Source: Parcubacteria group bacterium
GTDB taxonomy: Bacteria; Patescibacteriota; Minisyncoccia; Phycocordibacterales; 21-14-all-47-15
Assembly (NCBI GenBank): GCA_016181845.1
Contig: JACOYO010000005.1
Span: 66,845 to 130,844 of the forward strand
Length of the DNA: 64,000 nt
Direction of reading: 5' to 3'
Below, one piece after another: positions 26,203 to 35,819 of this stretch (its first letter is position 1; each line of letters starts with the position of its first letter). The translations under genes and the position numbers were made by a program. The notes under the pieces were generated by a model. The model was not told where the DNA came from, ran no database searches, and worked only from the letters and a program-made list of their open reading frames with translations.

Positions 26203-28137
26203 CTATGTTGTTTGTGGGTCAAGGTTTAAAAATTCTTCGCGTTTTTTCGGCATAATGCCATTTGCAAGCAAAATTTTTTCAAACGCTTCGTGTTCAATGG
26301 TTTCAACAGCGACCAGTTCTTTTGCAATCGCGTCAAGCGCGCCGCGGTGCGCTCTCAATATCTGCTCCGCTTTTCCGAGCGCCTCACTCATAATACGCGC
26401 GACTTCCGCGTCTATTTCAGCAGAAACTTTTTCTGAATATTCATGCTCGCCGACACCTTTGCCGAAAATAGCTTTCCCGCCCGGCTCTTCAAGCGCCACC
26501 GGCCCCATTTTTTCCGACATGCCGTACTTGGTCACCATATCGCGCGCGAGCGCAGTGGATACCTGCAAATCATTTGACGGTCCGGTTGTAAGGTCTCCAA
26601 AAATCATACGCTCCGCGGCGTAGCCTCCGAGCGATACGGCGATGTCGTCAAGAAATTCTTTTTTGCTCTGCATCTTTTTGTCTTCAAAAGGCAGTTTGAG
26701 CGTGTAGCCAGCCGCGCGGCCGCGGGAAATAATCGTGATTTTGTGCACCGGGTCGGCATACGGCAAGAGAGAAGCGGCGAGCGCGTGCCCCGCCTCATGG
26801 TACGCGGTAATTTCTTTTTCTTTTTTTGAGAGGAGGTGGCTTTTGCGCTCGGGCCCCAACATTACTTTTTCTATAGAGCGGATAAGGTCAAATTGGCTGA
26901 CCTTTTTCCTGCTCTCCCGCGCCGCAAGAATCGCGCCTTCGTTCATAAGCGAATAGAGGTCGGCGCCGGAAAACCCCGGCGTGCGCTCCGCGATAATGCG
27001 CAAATTTACATCTTCCGCAAACGGCTTTTTGTCCGCATGGATTTTCAAAATTTCCTCGCGGTCGTTAATATCAGGAATATCAATCACCACGCGCCGGTCA
27101 AAACGCCCAGGACGAAGAAGCGCCGGGTCAAGCACGTCTGGACGATTGGTCGCCGCAATGACAATCACTTTTTCCGCCGGCTCAAAGCCGTCCATTTCAA
27201 CCAAAATCTGATTGAGCGTCTGCTCGCGCTCATCGTTGCCACCGCCGAGCCCCACTCCGCGCGATCGACCGACCGCATCTATTTCGTCAATAAAAATAAT
27301 CGCTGGAGCGGCTTTTTTCGCAAGCTGGAAAAGGTCCCGCACGCGAGAAGCTCCAACTCCGACAAACATTTCCACAAATTCAGAACCTGAAATGGAAAAA
27401 AATGGCACTCCCGCCTCCCCCGCCACCGCGCGGGCAAGCAACGTCTTTCCCGTCCCAGGCGCGCCCATCAAAAGCACTCCCTTCGGAATCCGCGCTCCGA
27501 TGTCCAAAAATTTTTTCGGATTTTTCAAAAAGTCAACAATCTCCACCAATTCTTCTTTTGCCTCTTTTGCTCCGGCGACATCCTTAAACGTCACCCGCTG
27601 GCTTTTATCGGCGGGGTCTATAATCCGCGCTTTTGACTGTCCGAAGGTAAATGCCTGCATGCCAGCGCCTTTCACCTGCCGCGATATCATCCAGAAAAAG
27701 AGAAGCACAAAAACAATTGGGATAATAAACGGCAGCGCGTTCAAAAGAAAGAAACCGATGCCGCCCGGGCTCTTAACCTCAATGGAAACCGCGTGCATTT
27801 GCGCAGGTGTAACCCCATAATTCGTGAGCGTTTCGGAAAGAGAGCTCTCCGTTTCTTTGCGTGATGTTTTTTCCGAACCGTCTGTAAATGCCGCGGTCAA
27901 CTTTTCTGCTTCTACGACAACGCCGGTAACACTGCCTTCAACAATTGATTGCGCCAATTCTGAAATTGAAATTTCCGGTGTTTGCTTGCGTTCTTTCACC
28001 ACAAAAGAATAGAGCATGATGATGAGCGCGAAGAATATGAGCGTGCTCAACAGGTTGCTCAAGAACTGCCACCCTGACGGAGCATCCTTTTTTCCCCCGC
28101 CTGCTTTTTTATTTTTTTGTTTTGGAAATAGGTTCAT
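26203..28137 (-). CDS. ftsH: ATP-dependent zinc metalloprotease FtsH
   Basis: [27 protein letters not shown]. Confidence 0.97.
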   Translation of the reverse strand: MNLFPKQKNKKAGGGKKDAPSGWQFLSNLLSTLIFFALIIMLYSFVVKERKQTPEISISELAQSIVEGSVTGVVVEAEKLTAAFTDGSEKTSRKETESSLSETLTNYGVTPAQMHAVSIEVKSPGGIGFFLLNALPFIIPIVFVLLFFWMISRQVKGAGMQAFTFGQSKARIIDPADKSQRVTFKDVAGAKEAKEELVEIVDFLKNPKKFLDIGARIPKGVLLMGAPGTGKTLLARAVAGEAGVPFFSISGSEFVEMFVGVGASRVRDLFQLAKKAAPAIIFIDEIDAVGRSRGVGLGGGNDEREQTLNQILVEMDGFEPAEKVIVIAATNRPDVLDPALLRPGRFDRRVVIDIPDINDREEILKIHADKKPFAEDVNLRIIAERTPGFSGADLYSLMNEGAILAARESRKKVSQFDLIRSIEKVMLGPERKSHLLSKKEKEITAYHEAGHALAASLLPYADPVHKITIISRGRAAGYTLKLPFEDKKMQSKKEFLDDIAVSLGGYAAERMIFGDLTTGPSNDLQVSTALARDMVTKYGMSEKMGPVALEEPGGKAIFGKGVGEHEYSEKVSAEIDAEVARIMSEALGKAEQILRAHRGALDAIAKELVAVETIEHEAFEKILLANGIMPKKREEFLNLDPQTT

Positions 28138-28209
28138 ATTGTAAAATAGTTATACCATAATAGCGGAAAACAGGCAAAAGCCAATCCATCTGATACAATA
28201 TAATTGTTA

Positions 28210-28344
28210 ATTGCAAAACTCGCTCTGAATCATAGTTTTTGAGAGACATTGCGGACCCCGACGATATTGTCGGGGGAGCATAGCATCCGCCCTGGGCGGA
28301 ATGCGTGTCTATCAAAAATTGATGATGAAGAAGAGTTTTGCAAT
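28210..28344. repeat. Structured dispersed element, copy 1
   Basis: Terminal IR ATTGCAAAACTC/GAGTTTTGCAAT; core nearly identical to 46839-46979. Confidence 0.85.
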
Positions 28345-28365
28345 ATAACAATACACCAATTTTGT

Positions 28366-28806
28366 ATGACGCTGATTATAAACAAAAAGGCTCATTTTAA
28401 TTATGAGCTCATGGAAAAGTTTGAAGCTGGCATGTCCCTCTTCGGCTTGGAAGTAAAATCCTTGAAAAAAAATCAGGGGTCCCTTTTGGGCGCGCATGTC
28501 ATAGTGCGCGGCGGCGAGGCATACATCGTCGGCATGCACATTCCTCCCTACCAGCCAAACAACACGCCAAAAGAGTACGACCCGGACCGCACGCGACGGC
28601 TTTTGCTTACTCAAAAAGAATTGGGCGAGCTTGCGGGCGCCGAAGCGCAAAAGGGGTTGACAATCGTGCCGATTTCAGTGTATAGTAAAGGCAGAAAATT
28701 GAAACTTCAAATCGCCATCGCGCGCGGAAAAAAGAAATACGATAAACGAGAAACTTTAAAAAAACGCGACGCGGAGCGAGAAATAGCAAGAACCTTAAAA
28801 AATTGA
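28366..28806 (+). CDS. smpB: SsrA-binding protein SmpB
   Basis: NKKAHFNY, EAG..L.G.EVKS, RRLLL, GKKKYDKRE. Confidence 0.96.
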   Translation: MTLIINKKAHFNYELMEKFEAGMSLFGLEVKSLKKNQGSLLGAHVIVRGGEAYIVGMHIPPYQPNNTPKEYDPDRTRRLLLTQKELGELAGAEAQKGLTIVPISVYSKGRKLKLQIAIARGKKKYDKRETLKKRDAEREIARTLKN

Positions 28807-28892
28807 AACTGGAGAAATGAATACTTTTCTCCACATTCCCCCAAAGCAGATGTGGCTGGTTTCCAGTTTCTAGATTCTAACTTCTGTTGTGG

Positions 28893-29299
28893 GGGGATGA
28901 TCGGCTTTGACAGTTGATTGGCCCTTGTCATGCGCAAAGCAAGCATGTTCGCTCATCTTGTAAATCCGCGCGAACAACCAATAGATGCAAATTCTATTTC
29001 AAAGCGAGTCGCATCGCCATTCGTGACGATAAACGGCTTCGCCTTTGCTCGAGCGTAATTAATCGCACGAGCCATCCGATACGCGGACTCCTGATAGGCG
29101 TTTAGGGTGTCATATACATCAGGATAGAAATAGCGGACGCTTCGCCGCGGTTTCAAAACCAAAGAAGCTCGGCCTGTACGTATTTCGTTTGCTTCCGACC
29201 GTACAGGCTCAAATTCACTTCGGTGAAACAAAGCAAACTATCTTTGTAGACACATCCGAGGAAATCATTTGGACCCGGGTTCGATTCCCGGCATCTCCA
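28893..29299 (+). ncRNA. ssrA: tmRNA
   Basis: 5' GGGGATG...TTGAC, 3' GACCCGGGTTCGATTCCCGGCATCTCCA; tag frame 28987-29058 ANSISKRVASPFVTINGFAFARA*; follows smpB. Confidence 0.93.
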
Positions 29300-29486
29300 T
29301 TCGTAAAAACATTAGCCTCGCTTTTAGCGGGGCTTTTGTTTTTTGAATGGAGATGAGCAAGACGCCTGCGCGTCTTGCGTCCGGGAATCGAAAAGTTTGA
29401 GCATATCGCGCGGAGTCCGCCCGTGGCGGACGAGCACGATGCGAAAACTGTACTGTTCCTGTAAGGAAAGATTCCCGGCATCTCCA
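29300..29486 (+). mobile_element. Structured element at tmRNA 3' end, ending in a 17-bp duplicate of the tmRNA 3' end
   Basis: GATTCCCGGCATCTCCA at 29283-29299 and 29470-29486; internal antisense copy; mobility is inferred. Confidence 0.7.
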
Positions 29487-29505
29487 CCTCATTCGACTTT
29501 CTTAC

Positions 29506-29622
29506 TCGGCTTTCGCATAGCCGAATTTCCTTTGTCACCTATCCTTCGCTATAGCGAAAGATAGGTGACAAGGAGAAAAATTGCATTTTCGCTTGAAAGT
29601 CGGACATCCGATGTCCGACTTT
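29506..29622. repeat. Cluster of three different palindromes
   Basis: 29506-29525; 29532-29571 (TTGTCACCTATC..GATAGGTGACAA); 29596-29622 (AAAGTCGGACATC-C-GATGTCCGACTTT). Confidence 0.85.
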
Positions 29623-29748
29623 TTTTAATGAATTTCTCACTTCATAAGTTCTAGAATTAATTGCAACACCTATCTGTATTCTGCTATGCTAAAAATAGTT
29701 TTCGTAATCCTATATTAAATTTCCTTAACGCAGTGGGGGGGGATAAAA

Positions 29749-30219
29749 ATGACAGCATGGCAATCGCAACCGCAATTTGACAAAGCGCATTACAAAATGA
29801 CGTTATACGGATTTTTGAAATGGTTCACCATTTCTTATGTCGTTCTTCAGCTCATATCTTTTCATTTTGCTTTTGACCCGATACCCGACCATCTTTCCTA
29901 TTTTTGGATGGCAACATTGCTCACCTATACCTGCCTAAAAGAAATATTTCGTCACGCGTATGTCCAGTGCAGTAACGGACAAAAAGGAGAATGGTACGCC
30001 ATTATCGTCATCGGCGTATTCTTATGGATGGAAGGATACAATATCGCCATCCATTGGATTTTTCAAAAACCGTATCTCCCTCTTCCAGACAACATGTTTG
30101 AAAGCGCGGTACAATCAATGGTCCTTCTTATCGGCACCGCCATGTCATCTCTTTGGTTTCATTTCAAAAAAAACGGCGTGGCCAGAGCGGATACGGCTCC
30201 ATCAGAAAAGACGCCGTGA
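29749..30219 (+). CDS. Hypothetical four-TM membrane protein
   Basis: Hydrophobic ORF, G-rich SD, hairpin at 30235-30263. Confidence 0.7.
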   Translation: MTAWQSQPQFDKAHYKMTLYGFLKWFTISYVVLQLISFHFAFDPIPDHLSYFWMATLLTYTCLKEIFRHAYVQCSNGQKGEWYAIIVIGVFLWMEGYNIAIHWIFQKPYLPLPDNMFESAVQSMVLLIGTAMSSLWFHFKKNGVARADTAPSEKTP

Positions 30220-30271
30220 CAACATACATATCACAAAGCCCGTGAAGAATTTTCACGGGCTTTTATCTTGA

Positions 30272-30835
30272 TTATTTCCGCCTTCGTTTTAATATTGAAA
30301 CGAAGGCAAAACCACATCCCACAAACAACGCGCCATTTGCAATAATAATAAGAAACGAAAATGAAAACAGTTCCGCAATGATAAAAGAGAACAGGGCGAC
30401 AATTTGCATAACCATTTTCCATTTGCCAAAACTGTTTGCCCCGACTACCGCCATTTTTTTCCCGAACCCGCGCTCAACAGTTGAATAACCGTCGGCAATA
30501 AACAATCCTCCGAGAGCAATCAAATCACATTCATTCCAAAAAAGCAGAATCGTGGAATAAAATTGTATTTTATCCGCCAGCGGGTCAAGCCATTTGCCCG
30601 TCTCGCTCGCCTGTCCTTCTTCGCGCGCCATGATGCCGTCAATGGCATCCAAATACCAGCACACTCCCCAAACACAAGCGGCAAAAAATCGCGCGTGCCA
30701 GCCGCCGAAAAACCAGACCGGAATCATAAGAAGCGCGACAGAGCATCTTGCGATGGTCACCTTGTTTGCCGTGGTACGCCTCGCAAGAAATGCAGCGACT
30801 TTGCGCGCATCGCTAAAAAATTGACACTCGTTCAT
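30272..30835 (-). CDS. CDP-alcohol phosphatidyltransferase (PgsA-like)
   Basis: ANKVTIAR, DAIDGIMAR...GKWLDPLADK, GKWK; SD GAGGAGG. Confidence 0.88.
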   Translation of the reverse strand: MNECQFFSDARKVAAFLARRTTANKVTIARCSVALLMIPVWFFGGWHARFFAACVWGVCWYLDAIDGIMAREEGQASETGKWLDPLADKIQFYSTILLFWNECDLIALGGLFIADGYSTVERGFGKKMAVVGANSFGKWKMVMQIVALFSFIIAELFSFSFLIIIANGALFVGCGFAFVSILKRRRK

Positions 30836-31014
30836 AGCGCCCTCCTCAGCATAAGAGCAAGATAAAAACAAACGTATTCTGCCCAAACCCTAACAGAAAA
30901 CGAAAAAATGGGAAGGCGGTTTCAATAGTGCATGACTAGACCACTTTATTGACTTCCGTTAGATTATCCGCTACTATAATGCCATAAAGCCACCAATAAC
31001 GGCTTTTTAATATT

Positions 31015-31536
31015 TTGCTAAAAATACGCACACGAATTAATAATCAAATACGTTCCCCGGAAGTTCGGGTCATTGACCACTTGGGCAACAATATTGGCGT
31101 ACTGCCGATACAAGAAGCGCTCGGAAAGGCTCGGGCGGAACAGCTTGATTTGATTGAAATTTCGCCAAATGCCATACCGCCGATTGTCAAAATAATGGAC
31201 TATGGCAAATACCAATACGAGCAAAACAAAAAACAGAAAGAACAACACGCGAAATCACACACCGTAGAGGTAAAAAATATCCAGATTAAAATCGGCACGG
31301 GCGAACACGACCTTGCCCTCAAAGCAAAGCGGGCAAACGAATTTTTAAAAGAGGGGCATCGTGTAAAAATAGAATTATTTCTATCGGGCAGGACAAAATA
31401 TCTGGAACAACCGTTCTTGAAAGAACGTCTTGACCGCGTTTTGTATCTTATTGCTGAAGACTATACGATTGCCGAACCGGCAAAAAAAGTACCGAAGGGT
31501 CTCGCAATGATTATTGAGAAAAAAAAGAAAAAATAA
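31015..31536 (+). CDS. infC: Translation initiation factor IF-3
   Basis: RINNQIR..EVRVI, LDLIEISP, KIMDYGKY; promoter TTGACT-17-TACTAT upstream. Confidence 0.95.
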   Translation: MLKIRTRINNQIRSPEVRVIDHLGNNIGVLPIQEALGKARAEQLDLIEISPNAIPPIVKIMDYGKYQYEQNKKQKEQHAKSHTVEVKNIQIKIGTGEHDLALKAKRANEFLKEGHRVKIELFLSGRTKYLEQPFLKERLDRVLYLIAEDYTIAEPAKKVPKGLAMIIEKKKKK

Positions 31537-31537
31537 T

Positions 31538-31729
31538 ATGGCGCAAAAAACAAACAAATCGTATTCAAAACGGTTACGGATAACCAAAACCGGGAAAATG
31601 CTTTCCCGCAAGGCGGGCAAAGACCATTTTAACGCGAAAAAATCAAGAGCAAAGCAGTTGCGCGGCAAACGTGCGGTTCAATTTGCAATGAAAAATAAAA
31701 ATATCGGCGATTTTCTGCCATTCAAATAG
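31538..31729 (+). CDS. rpmI: 50S ribosomal protein L35
   Basis: KTNKSYSKRLRITKTGK; between infC and rplT. Confidence 0.92.
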   Translation: MAQKTNKSYSKRLRITKTGKMLSRKAGKDHFNAKKSRAKQLRGKRAVQFAMKNKNIGDFLPFK

Positions 31730-31801
31730 ATTACCAATTTTATAGTTAACTTACACCGCACCTAACAAGCTAAAAAGCTAAAACCTAACAAGCTTAATAA
31801 T

Positions 31802-32146
31802 ATGTCACGAGTTAAAAAAGGAGTGCGCGCGCTGAAGCGCCGCAAAAATATCTTAAAGCAGGTTAAAGGATACCGCTTTGGACGAAGCACAAAAAAGCGC
31901 CAGGCGCGTGAAGCGATTTTTCATGCCGGCACCTACGCCTTTGCGCACCGACGCGACAAAAAGCGCGATGCCCGCGCTATCTGGCAAATAAAAATTAATG
32001 CTGTTGCGCGTCCGCTCGGATTTTCATACAGCGCCTTCATCGGAGCGCTAAAGAAAAAAGGCATCGCTCTTGACCGCAAATCTCTTTCAGATCTTGCGGA
32101 GCATAGCCCGGAATCATTTGAACGTCTCGCGAAACAACTCGCGTAA
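31802..32146 (+). CDS. rplT: 50S ribosomal protein L20
   Basis: MSRVKKG, KGYR, WQIKINA, LDRKSL. Confidence 0.96.
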   Translation: MSRVKKGVRALKRRKNILKQVKGYRFGRSTKKRQAREAIFHAGTYAFAHRRDKKRDARAIWQIKINAVARPLGFSYSAFIGALKKKGIALDRKSLSDLAEHSPESFERLAKQLA

Positions 32147-32186
32147 AAAAATACCCACCAGACATTATGTCTGGTGGGTATTTTTT
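32146..32186. terminator. Bidirectional terminator
   Basis: AAAAAATACCCACCAGACAT-T-ATGTCTGGTGGGTATTTTTT between convergent genes. Confidence 0.85.
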
Positions 32187-33564
32187 AAAAAAGAATTTCC
32201 ATTTTCTCTCCTTTCTTTGGGACCACCGCTTCAAGAGAAAGGTTGTCTTGAATCTTCTGCGCCAAAAATGTCGCGGACTTCAATTCCCCCATTACCACGA
32301 ATATTTTTTTCGCTTGTCCTTTGTCGTGTGAAACAAAGTCTAGAATAGCATCGGAATCTTTGTGTCCCGAATAACCGCTGATTTCTGTCACCCGTGCCCG
32401 CACTGGTACGCGTTCTCCCAATATTGTCACCTCCTTCGCACCATCTTTAAGCTCTCGTCCGAGCGTCCCGGGCGCCTGATATCCAACCAAAAGCAGGGTG
32501 CTCTTCGGGTCTGGCAGATAGCGTTTTTCGTGATGGATAATGCGGCCGCCGGCAGACATACCGGAACCAGCGATAATCACTTTCGGATTCGGCACATCGT
32601 TTATCGCCTTTGATTCTTCCGTGCGAAGCGTTGATTTGAGCCCGTGGAAATTAAAAATATTATCTCCTGATTTTATAAGCGCCATGGTTTCTTTGTTGAA
32701 ATACCGCTCATATTTTTCATAGATAGCCGTGGCTTTGATTGCAAGCGGCGAATCAAGGAAAATTGGCACTGGAGGAATTTTTTTATGCTCAATAAGCTCG
32801 TTTAATTCAGCAAGAAGCACTTGGGTGCGTTCAATGGAAAACGCCGGAATCATGAGCGCACCGCCGCTCATGATGGTTTCTTCTATAATCTGTTTTAGTA
32901 ATCCTTTTTGTTCTTCCCGCGATGGATGATTTCTATCTCCATAGACGCTTTCAATTACCAGATAATCCGCATCGTTCACTATTTCCGTATCGTGAAGCAG
33001 TGGTGCTGGTGAATTGCCTAAATCTCCGGTAAAAACAATTTTCTTGCCGTCGTGTTCCAGTTCAACCATAGATGAGCCCAAAATATGTCCGGAATCTTTT
33101 AGACGCGCCGTGACTCCCGCGCCGAGCGAGAGCGGTTCATGATATTCTGCTGTGCGCCAAAGCCTCATCGCTTTTTCCACATCTTCCGTATTGTAAAGCA
33201 ATTCAGTGTGTTCGCGCTTTGCTTCTTTTTCCATAATGCCCATGCTGTCTATGAGCATCAATTCTCCCAAATCGCGCGTCGGCGGCGTGCTGTAAATGAC
33301 TCCGCGGAAACCTTCACGCACCAGTTTTGGAATTCGCCCAACGTGGTCAAGGTGCCCATGAGTAACAAAAAGAATATCAATGGAAGATGGATTGTACGGA
33401 AACGGTTCAACGTTCAAATCCCCGCATATCCGACACCCCTGAAACAGGCCGCAGTCAACGAGTATTTTTAACCCGTTCGTTTCAAATAAAAAATTGGAGC
33501 CGGTTACTGTTTCCGTCCCGCCATAAAATGTAATGGATGATGAGTGGTTGGTATCTTGAGACAT
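32185..33564 (-). CDS. MBL-fold beta-CASP ribonuclease
   Basis: THGHLDHVG, GHILGS, FTGDLG, ESVYG, SGMSAGGRI, YSGHKD. Confidence 0.92.
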   Translation of the reverse strand: MSQDTNHSSSITFYGGTETVTGSNFLFETNGLKILVDCGLFQGCRICGDLNVEPFPYNPSSIDILFVTHGHLDHVGRIPKLVREGFRGVIYSTPPTRDLGELMLIDSMGIMEKEAKREHTELLYNTEDVEKAMRLWRTAEYHEPLSLGAGVTARLKDSGHILGSSMVELEHDGKKIVFTGDLGNSPAPLLHDTEIVNDADYLVIESVYGDRNHPSREEQKGLLKQIIEETIMSGGALMIPAFSIERTQVLLAELNELIEHKKIPPVPIFLDSPLAIKATAIYEKYERYFNKETMALIKSGDNIFNFHGLKSTLRTEESKAINDVPNPKVIIAGSGMSAGGRIIHHEKRYLPDPKSTLLLVGYQAPGTLGRELKDGAKEVTILGERVPVRARVTEISGYSGHKDSDAILDFVSHDKGQAKKIFVVMGELKSATFLAQKIQDNLSLEAVVPKKGEKMEILF

Positions 33565-33571
33565 GTTCTTA

Positions 33572-34012
33572 TTATACACGCGCCCGTTCCTCCGAAACAG
33601 AGCGGCGAAAAAATAGTAAGTACATGGTCACAGCAAAAGAAGCCCCAAGCAGGTCAAAAAAAAGATCGCTCAACCCGTCAATAAAACCATACGAAGACGC
33701 GTGTGTAACGATATCAACAATATATTCAAATAGTTCCCAGAGAAGACCGACGCATGCGGTAGCAAGCAAAACAGCGAGTATTGTGCGTTTTATATTAAAT
33801 TGCGTTGCTTTTTTATCGGTATCAATCACGCCCAAAAACCACAGAGCAGCAAAGCCCACCCAAACGCCTCCGAGCGTATGCATGAGCATATCAAACCAAA
33901 AAAAGGTAAAGTACCAACCGAGGGCAAGCGCCACTGTATTAAGCGCGAAAATAAAAATGATGAAAAAAGAAAGTGGGGACGGAAATGTTTTTGAAGTATA
34001 CAAGTGATTCAT
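33572..34012 (-). CDS. Membrane protein (VanZ/DUF2238-like)
   Basis: WFDMLMHTLGG, LWELFEY, DLFFDLLG. Confidence 0.75.
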   Translation of the reverse strand: MNHLYTSKTFPSPLSFFIIFIFALNTVALALGWYFTFFWFDMLMHTLGGVWVGFAALWFLGVIDTDKKATQFNIKRTILAVLLATACVGLLWELFEYIVDIVTHASSYGFIDGLSDLFFDLLGASFAVTMYLLFFRRSVSEERARV

Positions 34013-34084
34013 TTTTTTAAGTATGACACAAAGATGTTTCTAAAAAAATTCCGCTTTGCAAAAGCGCAGCGGAATTTTTAATGT

Positions 34085-34196
34085 GAGCTATTCAGAACCC
34101 TAGATTGATTCTAGGTGGGTTTCCGCAATCACGCTCCAAGGAACGCGGTATATGAGAATCCCTGAATGTTTAAATAAGCTAGTTTCTGAATAACTC
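34085..34196. repeat. 112-bp element with terminal inverted repeats
   Basis: GAGCTATTCAGAA / TTCTGAATAACTC. Confidence 0.55.
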
Positions 34197-34237
34197 TATT
34201 TATTATAATACCCCCATCTAAAAAAGGTTGCAAGCTT

Positions 34238-34843
34238 CTATTCAAGCAAGCCGTCTAAGTTTACATCATATAGAATCTGCTCTTGCACCAAGCGATAATT
34301 CACAAGCTCTTTTTCGGTAAACCAATGCTTGAGTTCCATTTCTGCTTCTTCTGGAGAGCCAGAGGCGTGGATAAGGTTGCGCACAGAACGGCCGTCGGTG
34401 TCTGACATCTGATACGAATCAAGCACAAAATCGCCGCGAATCGTGCCGACATCAGACGAGAGCGGCTCCGTCCCTCCAACCACCTTGCGCACGATTTTCA
34501 CCGCATGCGCTCCCTGCCACACCATCGCCACCACCGGTCCGCTCGTCATATATTTTTTCAGTCCTTCCAAAATGCGCGCGGTGATTTCAAGCGGGTCTTC
34601 CGACGGCGGCTTTATTCCTTTTTTCCGGTAACTTTCAATTGTTTTTTCTCCTGTAATTCGCCGCCAATTCGTGTCAAGCGTGTAGTGCGCTTCCACGTGA
34701 GCAGGTGTCGGCACGAGCATTTTAATCCCCGCGAGTTTCAGCCCGATGCGCTCAAACCGTTTGACAATTTCGCCGACAAGCGAGCGTTGGACGCCGTCCG
34801 GCTTAATCAACACAAGTGTCCGTTCATATTTTAAATGTTTCAT
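34238..34843 (-). CDS. ndk: Nucleoside diphosphate kinase
   Basis: ERTLVLIKPDGV, GTIRGDF, NLIHASGS. Confidence 0.95.
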   Translation of the reverse strand: MKHLKYERTLVLIKPDGVQRSLVGEIVKRFERIGLKLAGIKMLVPTPAHVEAHYTLDTNWRRITGEKTIESYRKKGIKPPSEDPLEITARILEGLKKYMTSGPVVAMVWQGAHAVKIVRKVVGGTEPLSSDVGTIRGDFVLDSYQMSDTDGRSVRNLIHASGSPEEAEMELKHWFTEKELVNYRLVQEQILYDVNLDGLLE

Positions 34844-35050
34844 AGTATTCAAAAATAAAAAGGTGGGTAATGTTTTTTAGTGTAAAGCAAAAAACAGTTA
34901 AAAACAATGTGCGATCGCGCGTACTTGACTTTTTTTGTGCTGGTAGTATAATGTGTACAGATTCCAGTAGTTTTGATTTTTGTAAGTTTGTAAGTCTTGT
35001 AATAGAAGCACAACATTAATTCATTTTATTTTTTGCGGAGGGATCCCATC

Positions 35051-35674
35051 ATGGAAGCAAAAAGATTTGAGGAGATGAATGTACAAAATGTGAGAAAAGG
35101 CGTCACGGTTCGCATGGATGCCGTGTCGTTAAAAAACGGCAAAATCGGCTTCCCTGCCATGTTAAACAGAGAAGGCAAATCTATTCTGCTCTTCTCCGTC
35201 CCTGAAGACATGCCCCTTATTGAAGGGGCGCGATATGACGTGACAGTTAAAGAGGTCCACGTCACGAAGAAGAAAACAAAGGTTGGAACTTGCATCATCG
35301 CCGCGGAAATAAGCGCGGTTCGGATGGTGGAAACCCTCAATGTATTCTACGATGCAGTAAAAGGATGCATCGTGGAGCAAAAACGGAGCGGACGCGTTCT
35401 CATAGGGAAATCAAAAGAGGTCCCAGTGAAGGAGCGGACGGTTATGTACTACGACCGCGATCCGAATCCGAAAGCAGAAAGCGGAACAGTTTTCTCCGCA
35501 ACAGAATTCATTGACACGGAGGGAGTGGTTCGCAAACGGAAAATCAACTTCGGCCAGACCCTTAGGGGGTTTGTGAAATCTTGGCGAAAAAAAAGATATG
35601 TCGTTTCCGATGTGAGGGCGGAGGAATATCGGACGGAATTGAAAACCCTTCCGCCGTGTCCGGAGGAAATTTGA
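35051..35674 (+). CDS. Hypothetical protein
   Basis: Promoter TTGACT-16-TATAAT, SD GGAGGG, terminator at 35686-35718; no motif recognised. Confidence 0.7.
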   Translation: MEAKRFEEMNVQNVRKGVTVRMDAVSLKNGKIGFPAMLNREGKSILLFSVPEDMPLIEGARYDVTVKEVHVTKKKTKVGTCIIAAEISAVRMVETLNVFYDAVKGCIVEQKRSGRVLIGKSKEVPVKERTVMYYDRDPNPKAESGTVFSATEFIDTEGVVRKRKINFGQTLRGFVKSWRKKRYVVSDVRAEEYRTELKTLPPCPEEI

Positions 35675-35819
35675 AGTTTCACCTAAACGGGGTTCGCTCT
35701 CGCGAACCCCGTTTTTTTATTTCGTCTAGCGAGGAGCGAAATGAGAATCGCAATTCTCATTTCATCCGAGCGAAGACGAAACACAGGTTAATACCTCGGG
35801 GCCTTGCCCCAAGGAACCT

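Noticed and set aside
28249-28365. N-terminal extension of SmpB and short ORFs over tmRNA and repeats (e.g. 28914-29564, 46578-47102)
   Set aside because: They overlap non-coding elements or antisense strands and have no protein motifs
28804-28806. Alternative genetic code (TGA=Gly) or selenocysteine readthrough
   Set aside because: TGA ends smpB, comF and adk at expected positions; redox-island Cys motifs are complete without TGA
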